DNA of 64,000 nucleotides from Candidatus Bathyarchaeia archaeon (GTDB lineage Archaea; Thermoproteota; Bathyarchaeia; Bathyarchaeales; Bathycorpusculaceae): NCBI GenBank assembly GCA_050015395.1, contig JBEKBM010000011.1, positions 22,940 to 86,939 of the forward strand, read 5' to 3'. Shown piece by piece: positions 19,857 to 28,774 of this stretch (position 1 is its first letter; each line of letters starts with the position of its first letter). The notes under the pieces were generated by a model. It saw only the letters and a program-made list of their open reading frames with translations, ran no database searches and was not told where the DNA came from. The position numbers and the translations under genes were made by a program.

Positions 19857-21134
19857 ATGATAAAAATGAACGCAACAAACGAAAACGAAAAAATCGCAAA
19901 GATCGACATTCCACTGAAACGCGCGGATGCACAGATATGGCTGTTAGGTTTCAAGGAAATAAAAGAGAATTGGCTAACAGAGGTTAAAGCTGAACGGACG
20001 GGAAGCGAAAAAACCGCAAACATCTATCTTGATATAATCGCGTTGTTCTGTCGATACATGAACATGACGCCTGCCGAAATTGTAGCGAAAGGCACGCTTG
20101 AAGTTAGAAAAGAGGCGACAGGCGATTTACAGCGAAAAACGTGGGCTGATCAAACATCGCTCGCGTTCTTCACATGGTTGCAGACGCAGAAAGGCAAGTG
20201 CGGAAAACTTTGGACGCGTACACGCGCAAAAACCGCTTATGGCACCGTAAGATCATTCCTTCGTTACAACGGCTTCACGTTCAAAGGAAAAACCCCGATT
20301 GCGCAGACGCAAACCCATACTAAACTGCCATCGAACGAGCAGTTGGCAAGTGCATGGAAAATAGCAACGTTCACGCAAAAGCTTGCTGTTGGAATTTTAA
20401 GATCGACATTGTGGCGTCCAGAAGACGCGTTAACATTAGCGTTCGGAGACTTACAAGAGCAATATGATCCGAAGCGGTTTTACATCGAGAAGGTCACGGA
20501 GAAGGAACAGCTTCCAGTCGGCGTTTACTTAACAGCGGAAACAACGGAATTGGTACGGTTGGACATGCGGAAGCGTTTCGGTAATGAAATCCCGAAAGAC
20601 GCAAAAATCTTAGATTACAACTATAACGCGTTGCTTGGAATTGTGCAACGGTTCGGTGAGTCCGTCGGATTAAAGCTTTCACCGAAATACTTCCGCAAAA
20701 TGGGACGGACAAGATGCGCTCCGATAATCGGTCAAGACGCACTTTTCAAAATGGCAGGGTGGGCGCTTCCAGGCGTCGGGCGCAATTACATGTTACCGTC
20801 TCCCGAAGACACGTTAAAATCCTATTTACGGATTGAAGCGTTGTTGACGTTTGAGCCGAAAGCTGTAAGCGATAAGGATCAACAAATCGAAAACTTGCTT
20901 ATGGGCGCAATTGCGCAAGGATTATTAGCGCCTGAAAAAGCGGCGATGGTAAGGAACGTATGGCGCATAAAAGCGTTATCACCTGAACAAGTAGCGGTTG
21001 AAATTGCCAAAATGAAAAAACAGCTTCCAACACAAGGCGGAGGCTTAAACTTCCAGCAGCAGGCATCGGATCAATTCGCAAAGATTTTACTTGACGCGTT
21101 AAAGCAAGTAAAACAAGAAATGAACAAAACCTAA
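19857..21134 (+). CDS. Tyrosine recombinase/integrase
   Basis: Catalytic-type residues WRPED, KYFRK, MAGW, RNY; N-terminal core-binding region ending VRSFLRYNG; next to the left att. Confidence 0.85.
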   Translation: MIKMNATNENEKIAKIDIPLKRADAQIWLLGFKEIKENWLTEVKAERTGSEKTANIYLDIIALFCRYMNMTPAEIVAKGTLEVRKEATGDLQRKTWADQTSLAFFTWLQTQKGKCGKLWTRTRAKTAYGTVRSFLRYNGFTFKGKTPIAQTQTHTKLPSNEQLASAWKIATFTQKLAVGILRSTLWRPEDALTLAFGDLQEQYDPKRFYIEKVTEKEQLPVGVYLTAETTELVRLDMRKRFGNEIPKDAKILDYNYNALLGIVQRFGESVGLKLSPKYFRKMGRTRCAPIIGQDALFKMAGWALPGVGRNYMLPSPEDTLKSYLRIEALLTFEPKAVSDKDQQIENLLMGAIAQGLLAPEKAAMVRNVWRIKALSPEQVAVEIAKMKKQLPTQGGGLNFQQQASDQFAKILLDALKQVKQEMNKT

Positions 21135-21285
21135 ATTTCCCTTTCTTTTTTCTGTTTGTTTTTCGCAAAATTTTCCTATCTGTCCGTTCTGTCCGTTCTG
21201 GAAAGGCTTTTATGCGCGACTGCATCTTTAAAACTGTTGACTTGAAAAACGGAAACCTTGCGATCTGCGTCTCCGACTTTGCGAC

Positions 21286-21650
21286 TCCGAAAGTACGTTA
21301 ACTTGAACGTTTGTTCAATATCCGAAAGTACTTTGCAATTGAACGTTTGTTTAGTTAATTTTATCGAATATCTGTTCGAACTTTCAATAAAAACTTCGAA
21401 CTATGAACATTTATTCAAATTTCAAGGGAAAACAGAACAAAACGCGAACGAAATCGAACTTTAAAACTTGCGCATCTATCCAACATAACGGAGTTATTTT
21501 TAACGTTTGTTCATTTTTTCATGGTTTTTCTGCAAAAGTGTACAAAAAGAGTACAAATGACGCGAGCTAACCGCGTGGTAGGTCGAAGATTTTTGAAAAT
21601 TTGTTAAGATTTTTCGGTTAAAAATGAACGTTCGTTCAATGTTCGATAAA
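21286..21650. promoter_or_regulatory. Cluster of palindromic (T/C)GAAC-N4-GTTC(A/G) sites in a non-coding region
   Basis: Copies at about 21304, 21340, 21365, 21404, 21500 and 21625; tccgaaagtac repeated at 21286 and 21321. Confidence 0.65.
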
Positions 21651-21808
21651 ATTCGATGTTTTTCGTTCAAAAGCACGTATCCGCGCCCATGCTTCGAAAT
21701 CGCTCGAAATCCATCGAAGTGACGCTTGTTTTCATGTGGTTTTGATAGGTTTTGACGCGGAGACACGCGAGCAATGCGCGGTCTGCTAACTTAATCTCTA
21801 TCTGCTTT

Positions 21809-22225
21809 TTATGGTTTTCCGTTTGAACGAACAAAGAACCGCACCGTGTTATAGACAAGTCGCGGTATGTCATCTTCCCTTGTCGGAGTCGCGATTTGCC
21901 AAACCTCTTTAGGAACGATCTTAACCGCGTATTCTGCGCTAAAAACTTTTGTGTCAAAAACTGCGCGCCATAACCCGATTATTCTGTCTTTCTCCATGTC
22001 AACGTCTTTCAGCAAGAATAAGGCTTGAAAGAAAGGTGTCATGTTTTCTCTGTTAAATATCTCCTTTAACTGTTCTTCGGGTAATGTTTCAGCGAGAAGT
22101 TTAAGGTCTTTAAGAGCGAGGGTTGCGTACGTCAAAAGTCTTTTATCATATTCGGTTTGTGTATGTTTGTCGTAACCTGCCTTTGTTTTGCTTTCAACAT
22201 ATTTCTTCATTCGTTTCGTCAACAT
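21809..22225 (-). CDS. Element hypothetical protein (possible regulator)
   Basis: MLTKRMKKYV...; divergent from the main element operon. Confidence 0.65.
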   Translation of the reverse strand: MLTKRMKKYVESKTKAGYDKHTQTEYDKRLLTYATLALKDLKLLAETLPEEQLKEIFNRENMTPFFQALFLLKDVDMEKDRIIGLWRAVFDTKVFSAEYAVKIVPKEVWQIATPTREDDIPRLVYNTVRFFVRSNGKP

Positions 22226-22350
22226 GTTTTTTCCTTCTGTCACAATTTTTGTGTTTTTTACGTTAATTAACACGCGAATTGTTCATATAAACGTTTGCAA
22301 TCATGTACATACAAACACGAAAACAACAAACAAAATGAAGGAACATCAAT

Positions 22351-22491
22351 TTGAGAAATTTAACTATCCCCGTAAGCGATGCAATCTTTGACAAATTCAA
22401 GGCTATTCAGGAACAGCACGATTTCAAAAATCAGTCGGATTGCTTGGAGTACATCATAGAGCAAGTAGCGACAAAGGAGATTGAAAAGTGA
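22351..22491 (+). CDS. Small ribbon-helix-helix-like DNA-binding protein
   Basis: Manual translation MRNLTIPVSDAIFDKFKAIQEQHDFKNQSDCLEYII; stop overlaps the next start (GTGA). Confidence 0.7.
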   Translation: MRNLTIPVSDAIFDKFKAIQEQHDFKNQSDCLEYIIEQVATKEIEK

Positions 22492-23090
22492 TAGTCTCCG
22501 TTGCTAAATCGCTTTTAAAACAGGAGATAATCGATTTATCCACGCATTACGTTAGATATGGTTTCGCGGATGGACATCTCGAAAATCTCTGGGAAAAAGC
22601 TTACTTAATGCGGAAGGAAGGAAAAATTGATACAGAACTCGATGCATTCATTACAACAAACTTAATCCCGTATCTCGCTAAATCACATGGCATTTATCAC
22701 GCATATCTACCCGAAAACGCTGATCTTAACGATTTTTGGATTTTAGTTGGGAGATTAGCGTCGAAGCAGGATATTGACGAGTTTAAGGTTTTCTGGACGG
22801 TCACCTTAGCAAACGCTAAGAACTTGCATCCTAAAACGGAAATTGGAATAAAGGAACAAGAAGAACTTTTAACTGACATTCCAAATGAAGAAAAAGAGAG
22901 TTTACGACGTTTTGCATATCTCCCAATGCAGCCGATGACTGACGCGAACGATCCGAGAAACCAACAATTTCATAATTTTTGTATCGACGTTGCCAATGTC
23001 ATTGTGGAAAGTAAGCGTATTGTGATTGATTTACCACGTCCGCAGGGCGCTTCGTGGTTATCAAGTGAAGAAACACGCACAGGTGCATAA
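22488..23090 (+). CDS. Element hypothetical protein
   Basis: 200-aa ORF, translationally coupled, AGGAG RBS. Confidence 0.7.
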   Translation: MIVSVAKSLLKQEIIDLSTHYVRYGFADGHLENLWEKAYLMRKEGKIDTELDAFITTNLIPYLAKSHGIYHAYLPENADLNDFWILVGRLASKQDIDEFKVFWTVTLANAKNLHPKTEIGIKEQEELLTDIPNEEKESLRRFAYLPMQPMTDANDPRNQQFHNFCIDVANVIVESKRIVIDLPRPQGASWLSSEETRTGA

Positions 23091-23094
23091 AAAA

Positions 23095-23862
23095 ATGAAT
23101 GAAAAATTAATCGTGAACAACCCACAAGAAATTCTAAAAATTTCCAATCTTTCTCCTTTGATAAACCCGATTTTACGGTCAAAGACGAGTAATAGGGAAA
23201 AGGCAGAATTAATAGAGGCTGTTTGCGGCAACTTACAATTGTTTAACGGCGTGGCTAATAAACCGTCCGAAATTTATAAAATGGCTAAAGTGACGGTGCA
23301 AATAGGCGACCTTACAAAACAAATAATGAACATGGAAGGAACAGACGAACAGAAAGCGGAATTTATGAAGTTCATTTTTGGCGATTTGCAAAAACAAATT
23401 GATAAGAACGCGGAGATTGACGAACAAATTCGTCCTATATTAGCTGAAGAATTCCGAAAGCAATTTTACGCGCTTCCAGAAATTGCAGCTCGAATGAACC
23501 TGTTCGAAGTCGCAAAATTAGACACGGAATTCAAAACCTTAACCGCTAACATCAAGGAACATTTAAGTCCTGAATTTATAAGTTCGCGTCAAGACCGACT
23601 CGTCACCATGAAAACTCGAAAACTGTTAACTGAAGCGGTAGAAAGCGACAAGGTTAAGAAAATATTCAAAGTGAGTCCTGACGACCCCGAGGCGCTAAAA
23701 GCGATCACGGAAACCATGCTTACGGAAGCGCGACAACGGAACGCGGATTTAAAGCGGAAACTTGGAGAATTATTGCCTAATCAATTTGTTTACGCTAACC
23801 TTTCAATGTCCGATAAACATTTAGTAAATTTTCTCAGGGAGGCGATAAAGATTGAAAAGTGA
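23095..23862 (+). CDS. Element hypothetical alpha-helical protein
   Basis: ATG at 23095, four bases after the previous stop. Confidence 0.7.
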   Translation: MNEKLIVNNPQEILKISNLSPLINPILRSKTSNREKAELIEAVCGNLQLFNGVANKPSEIYKMAKVTVQIGDLTKQIMNMEGTDEQKAEFMKFIFGDLQKQIDKNAEIDEQIRPILAEEFRKQFYALPEIAARMNLFEVAKLDTEFKTLTANIKEHLSPEFISSRQDRLVTMKTRKLLTEAVESDKVKKIFKVSPDDPEALKAITETMLTEARQRNADLKRKLGELLPNQFVYANLSMSDKHLVNFLREAIKIEK

Positions 23863-24115
23863 AAAATCTGGATCAACCGCTTTCCGAGCTGAAACCAGCG
23901 ACGACGAGTCATCAAAAATTATGAAAGTTTACGAACAACAATCGCCTTACTATCAAGGCGAAACAGGACAAACAGATCAGCGTCCAGTAATGGGTAAAGG
24001 CGCAAAGATGGATGTTATTCAAAAGTTCAATTTGGACGTGGAGAAACATCAAACAGCGGATAACGTAACCGACATAAGCAAAAAGCAAAGGGAAGGAAAT
24101 AAAACCCTTCCGTAA
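23852..24115 (+). CDS. Element hypothetical protein
   Basis: GGAGG RBS; overlaps the previous stop. Confidence 0.55.
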   Translation: MKSEKSGSTAFRAETSDDESSKIMKVYEQQSPYYQGETGQTDQRPVMGKGAKMDVIQKFNLDVEKHQTADNVTDISKKQREGNKTLP

Positions 24116-24128
24116 AAAGGCGCAAAAA

Positions 24129-24314
24129 ATGACGACTGTAGCTGATTTAAAAAAGCAACTTGCTGGATTAAGAGCAACCATCGAAAAAATGGAAGGAACG
24201 ATACAAGAAAAAGAAGAGTTTTTCAAATTAATAACGAAAAACGAAAACGCTGAAATAGCAAAGTTTGAGTACGAAGAAGCGGAAGTGAGACGACAAACTT
24301 CGTACATTGTTTGA
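24129..24314 (+). CDS. Small coiled-coil protein
   Basis: Heptad pattern; operon position. Confidence 0.55.
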   Translation: MTTVADLKKQLAGLRATIEKMEGTIQEKEEFFKLITKNENAEIAKFEYEEAEVRRQTSYIV

Positions 24315-24605
24315 GTGATAAAAGATCGAGACCCATCGACCAGATATCACAACGAGCTTTACGGAGGGGAAATCCGTGTTTCTTCTCCGTAGGCTCCAAA
24401 AGTAACGCGCGTCGGAAACGCGTTATCTGGAAACTCCAACGTACGCTTTTTTGGTGTACGTGGTTTCCAGCAAACGCTTACAAAGGTCAAAAATTCGACG
24501 CAAAGACAAACGGCGCGAAACAAGGTCGGGGTGTTCGGTGCGGGAGGCTATTCTTCACTTCCGCATCGGCACCCTTAGGATAACAACATAAGAGATAAGA
24601 TAAAA

Positions 24606-24863
24606 ATGAAAAGGAAAAGGAAACAGCTATATTATGGCTGGTGTGGAAAATGCGACAATATAGTCATAAGTCGTTTTCCATTCATCGGTTTATGTCGCTG
24701 CCGTAGCGTCCACATTGTTAAACTGAAACGGACAAATTTAACGCTGAATGAAATCCGAGAAATAACGCAAAAACCGCAATGCGTCGCAACAATGGAAATT
24801 CCAAAAGAAACTCCGAAGGAAACGCGACAGGAAATAACATACGTGATTTATGGAGCCGAATAA
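24606..24863 (+). CDS. Small Zn-ribbon protein
   Basis: CGKC...CRC. Confidence 0.55.
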   Translation: MKRKRKQLYYGWCGKCDNIVISRFPFIGLCRCRSVHIVKLKRTNLTLNEIREITQKPQCVATMEIPKETPKETRQEITYVIYGAE

Positions 24864-24864
24864 A

Positions 24865-25008
24865 ATGAGCGGTGGAGAAATAGACGACGTCGCGGGGAAG
24901 ATTGACCGTGCTGCTGGACAATTGGATCAGGCTGGTGGCGTGATTAAAACTAAACCGCGTCCAAAACCTGTAAAATCAACAACGAAAAAGGCGGTGAAGG
25001 AGAAATGA
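24865..25008 (+). CDS. Small hypothetical protein (47 aa)
   Basis: Manual translation MSGGEIDDVAGKIDRAAGQLDQ...; coupled to its neighbours. Confidence 0.5.
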   Translation: MSGGEIDDVAGKIDRAAGQLDQAGGVIKTKPRPKPVKSTTKKAVKEK

Positions 25009-25175
25009 ACTATGAATTTCTAATGGCTTACCGTCCGCCTTTATCAGCGGATCAGATTGCAGAAATAAGCGACGCAATAACAAAACTTGTTAATCAAGCG
25101 GTCACAGCAGCAGATACTAATGCTAATAAGCGTGCGGAAGAATTGTTACAGAAAGCGGAAACGGAGACACAATGA
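25005..25175 (+). CDS. Small hypothetical protein (56 aa)
   Basis: Manual translation MNYEFLMAYRPPLSADQIAEI...; ATGA overlap; GGTGAAGGAG RBS. Confidence 0.55.
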   Translation: MNYEFLMAYRPPLSADQIAEISDAITKLVNQAVTAADTNANKRAEELLQKAETETQ

Positions 25176-25196
25176 CGGACGAAGAGGTGAGAAAAT

Positions 25197-25655
25197 ATGG
25201 ATATAAAAGATGGAAAAGCGTATCAAACGGAAACGAGTGATGGAAAATTCACCTTTAACCGAATAAAGAAACCGACCGTTAAAGGCGGAGTCATCTATAA
25301 CATAATAGAAACAGAAACAACCCTTTTCAAAGGAGACTATTTTCTGCCTATGTGGGATAGCACGGATCATCTTCAATTTGCATGTCAAAAATGCAAAAGC
25401 GCAGCGGACGTTTTAAGGATTAAATTCGACACAAAATATGCTGGACCTCCAGACCCAAAATACGTTATGCTCTTTTATTTAGGCTGTCCAGCTTGCGGAC
25501 TTTCAGGTGTACGTAAGATTTACTTGGATGTTAATTTAGCGAAGTGGCATAATCAGGTCGCGTTTGACGGAGAGAAACTCTACGTTTACGGCAACGAAAG
25601 AAAGCCAGTGCAAGTTTTAGATGTTGAAATAAAACAACCTGAAAAGGAAAAATAA
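25197..25655 (+). CDS. Zn-binding hypothetical protein
   Basis: CQKC...CPAC; GAGGTGA RBS. Confidence 0.7.
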   Translation: MDIKDGKAYQTETSDGKFTFNRIKKPTVKGGVIYNIIETETTLFKGDYFLPMWDSTDHLQFACQKCKSAADVLRIKFDTKYAGPPDPKYVMLFYLGCPACGLSGVRKIYLDVNLAKWHNQVAFDGEKLYVYGNERKPVQVLDVEIKQPEKEK

Positions 25656-25671
25656 AAGAGATTGAACAATA

Positions 25672-27171
25672 ATGAGTGAAAATGTTAAGAATAATAGGAA
25701 TAACGGGAATAATGGTGAGAAAAAGGTATACCCCTACCTCTGGAAACCTGTAACAGACAAGGACATAGAAGAAATATTGGGGGTTAAGATACCTCAATTA
25801 CATAAGGCGCATGGAACCGTTAAACGAATGGTTAAACTCGAAGAAAACGAAGAAAACGAAGAACAGAAAAGAAAAGTTGAACAGTCACCTGGCAAGATAA
25901 TAGACAGACACGTCATTGAACAAGCAAACGAAAACCTCTATTACGTTTACAGCTTAGATAAGCGCGGCTTCGCTGTTCCTGAAAACGTGAATAAGACATG
26001 GTCAACCTTTGCAACGTCCGATATAGTTTACGTTCCACTTTCCCGTTTGTTATGGCGTCCGCTGCCAATGATGAACCTTGCCTTTGAATATGACTTCACA
26101 AACATAGCGATATTATACAATGAGGTTAGACGGTTTCTTTTTGATCACGTAGATTTCACCAATGATATAGAATATGACCTTTGCGCGGCGTGGGTTTTAC
26201 ACACATGGAGACTGGAAAACTTTACTGTTACACCGTACATTTTCTTTTACGGCCCTGCAAAGTCAGGTAAGACAAGAGCGATGGAAGCGTTAGGCGCGTT
26301 ATCCTTCCGCTCCGTACTTGCTAACTTCTCATCCGCTGGACTGTACCATATAACGGAGCAGTGGAAACCAACTATCTTTCTGGATGAAGCTGAAGTGTAT
26401 TTGCGAGGCAACGATCAAGGCGACATCTTGAACTTTCTTAACATGGGTTACAGACGCGGACAATACGCGATCAGAATGAGGGAGAACATGAAGACGGGAC
26501 GGTTTGAGCCTGAACCCTTCGACGTTTTTGGAGCAAAAGTGTTGGCGGGAACAAAGAATTTACTTGCAACGTTGTACTCACGCTGTTTTCCCATTATTAT
26601 GACCCGTGCCACACGCGATTTGAAACGTTCAATAGATTACGAGTGGGCAGACGAAATACGCGCAAAGTTGGTTATGTATCGGTTTCTTTCTTTAGCTGAC
26701 GGATCCGAACCCGTCTCTATACCCGACGATTTCCTATCCATCGTTAAAGACGGAAGATTAAGAGAGCTGCTATATCCCTTGTACGTTGTCGCTCCCGAAA
26801 ACGTTAAACTTGTCTTTATCAATTACGCTTCGCAATTAGACGCTGAATCTGAACGGGAAGACGAGTTAAGCGTGGAAAGCTACGTTTACAACGCTTTAAT
26901 CAGCGTGCGTAAGGACAGGAATCTTGTTCCATTGTCAGAAATCGCGGACGTTGTTAACGTTAGTTTAAAGGAGTCGTTAGGAAACAAAACGGTTGCTTCC
27001 GCGCTTAATAGGCTTGGGTTCCACAAGATATTAGTGCGAAATCGCGTTCACATCGTTTGGAATGAGCAGCTTGCAGAGCGTTTAAGTAAACGTTATCCTA
27101 AACGCGAAATGATGGAAGACATTAAAGACGATTTTAAAGGCGAAGAAATCAAGGATAGTTATAAATCATAA
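25672..27171 (+). CDS. P-loop ATPase, replication/helicase-like (DUF3631-type) with possible C-terminal wHTH
   Basis: AWVLHTW, Walker A GPAKSGKT, Walker B IFLDEAE, LNMGYRRG, TLYSRC. Confidence 0.75.
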   Translation: MSENVKNNRNNGNNGEKKVYPYLWKPVTDKDIEEILGVKIPQLHKAHGTVKRMVKLEENEENEEQKRKVEQSPGKIIDRHVIEQANENLYYVYSLDKRGFAVPENVNKTWSTFATSDIVYVPLSRLLWRPLPMMNLAFEYDFTNIAILYNEVRRFLFDHVDFTNDIEYDLCAAWVLHTWRLENFTVTPYIFFYGPAKSGKTRAMEALGALSFRSVLANFSSAGLYHITEQWKPTIFLDEAEVYLRGNDQGDILNFLNMGYRRGQYAIRMRENMKTGRFEPEPFDVFGAKVLAGTKNLLATLYSRCFPIIMTRATRDLKRSIDYEWADEIRAKLVMYRFLSLADGSEPVSIPDDFLSIVKDGRLRELLYPLYVVAPENVKLVFINYASQLDAESEREDELSVESYVYNALISVRKDRNLVPLSEIADVVNVSLKESLGNKTVASALNRLGFHKILVRNRVHIVWNEQLAERLSKRYPKREMMEDIKDDFKGEEIKDSYKS

Positions 27172-27253
27172 TTGTTTTTGACTCTGGGGTATACCCTTTT
27201 TACCCCGTTATTCCTATTATTCCTAACATTCCTCACAAGCGGGAGGTGAATAT

Positions 27254-27547
27254 ATGGTTAAGATAAAGACGTACACAAAAGAGATTTCTTCAGCTAACAT
27301 CCTTTCCATTGAGGCGGGAACTAACACGCCTTGCGGTGGAGATGCGGGTCACGGTGGAGAAACAGTTTTCAAATTGAAAGACCTTGGAGCAACAGCTTGG
27401 CAGCTCAAATGCGATGATTTTAAGAAAGATCAACCGAAAGAAATTGAACTTACACTCTTCGGTGATACGGAAGCGGAAACCTTCATTGAAGCTTTAGAAT
27501 TTGCTGTTTCTACTTTAAAAGCTCAACAGAAAAAAGTTAAATCTTAG
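27254..27547 (+). CDS. Element/phage-type hypothetical protein
   Basis: GGAGGTGA RBS; AGTNTPCGGDAGHGG. Confidence 0.7.
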   Translation: MVKIKTYTKEISSANILSIEAGTNTPCGGDAGHGGETVFKLKDLGATAWQLKCDDFKKDQPKEIELTLFGDTEAETFIEALEFAVSTLKAQQKKVKS

Positions 27548-27693
27548 TGTGGAGCGCGTTTTTCAGCCTCCACGTATTTTCTTAATGCAACATCAACGGC
27601 GTGAGAGCGATTTCTAAATCGTTGAGTTTTAACTTGTTCATCGATCCAACGCACCAAGTCCGGGTCAACGGTGACGGATATTTTCAGTTTCAT
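27544..27693 (-). CDS. CopG/RHH-family regulator
   Basis: Manual translation MKLKISVTVDPDLVRWIDEQVKTQRFRNRSHAVDVALR. Confidence 0.85.
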   Translation of the reverse strand: MKLKISVTVDPDLVRWIDEQVKTQRFRNRSHAVDVALRKYVEAEKRAPH

Positions 27694-27787
27694 ATCATTC
27701 AAGTATTGTTCGACTCCTTAAATGCTTTATCGGGTAAACTCTGCTTCGCAAGTGTTATATACTTTATCCTACCAAATAGAACTCGTC

Positions 27788-27961
27788 ATGTCAAAAACGA
27801 ATTTGAAAAGCCGAATTGACGCATTACCGCTTGATCTGCAAGCGCGTTTAGTCGCGGATACGCAGACAGTCATTGAATACGAGCTTTTACCGATTTTGGA
27901 GACAGACGCACGGAAACGAAATGGAACCGAACGAACCGAAAGGAGGTGTATAAATGGATAA
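27788..27961 (+). CDS. Small hypothetical protein
   Basis: MSKTNLKSRIDALP...; overlaps the next start. Confidence 0.45.
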   Translation: MSKTNLKSRIDALPLDLQARLVADTQTVIEYELLPILETDARKRNGTERTERRCING

Positions 27962-28685
27962 AAACATCATAATCGCGGGAGCAATCGTTTTAACCGTTCT
28001 TCTATTATCGCTAAGTTTCTTTGCTTTTCTATCAATTCAACAGACAGATCAGAACAACCAACTAAAAACCCAAAACACGGCTTTACAATATAACGTGGAA
28101 TATCTAAATGGCACCGAGTTTTTAGTGTTAGAAAACGGTTTACTATCAGAGAACGGAAGCTATTTACAATCTCAGATAGGCAATCTCCAATCACAATTGC
28201 AAACGGCAAACGGTGAAATCGCTAATCAAAGCAACACAATCACAGGCTTTTATCAATCACAGGAAAATGAGCTTAACAACCTGCAAGCAGCTTTAGACGC
28301 TAAAGCGTTAGGTTCTGCAACCTCAACGCCGACGCCGTCTCCAACACCGTATCCAACAGCGACGCCGACACCGCAAACATTAGTCATAACTGTTTTGGGG
28401 CTGGAAAATCATCCGTCTAATTCAACAACAACGCTGGTTTATCTCCAAAACAATAATCCAGAAACGCTGTATAACTGCTATATTCTAATCGACATAACGA
28501 GCGAGGGTTACGCGTCCAGCGGGGTATTATTGATTGACGGAACTTATCTCCCCGTTGGAACATACGCTTTCAGTTTAAGCGACATCGGAGCTTATCAAAC
28601 GCAGACGGATATTTTACCTATAAACTACCTGACGCTTTGCACTGCTCAGTATCAAACGGAAGCGTTCGGTTCGCCTTCACCGTAA
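27954..28685 (+). CDS. Membrane-anchored coiled-coil + PT linker + beta-domain protein
   Basis: N-terminal TM, Q/N-rich coiled coil, TPTPSPTPYPT linker; GGAGGTG RBS. Confidence 0.75.
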   Translation: MDKNIIIAGAIVLTVLLLSLSFFAFLSIQQTDQNNQLKTQNTALQYNVEYLNGTEFLVLENGLLSENGSYLQSQIGNLQSQLQTANGEIANQSNTITGFYQSQENELNNLQAALDAKALGSATSTPTPSPTPYPTATPTPQTLVITVLGLENHPSNSTTTLVYLQNNNPETLYNCYILIDITSEGYASSGVLLIDGTYLPVGTYAFSLSDIGAYQTQTDILPINYLTLCTAQYQTEAFGSPSP

Positions 28686-28774
28686 AACCGCTCGCGCGCT
28701 TTTTCATTCCTTTTTTCGTTTAATTCACATTTTCTATTTTTTCGATTGAAAAACACACATCAACGTGTGTATAT

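Noticed and set aside
21300-21640. LexA (Cheo box) SOS regulation
   Set aside because: The motif resembles GAAC-N4-GTTC, but the host is archaeal, no lexA is visible and the sites lie between convergent genes.
24311-24583. 90-aa Arg-rich ORF in the element
   Set aside because: Atypical composition and no RBS; may be non-coding.
28734-28774. C-terminus DIHTLMCVFQSKK of the 162-aa ORF as a real protein end
   Set aside because: It is read-through into element DNA past the att core.
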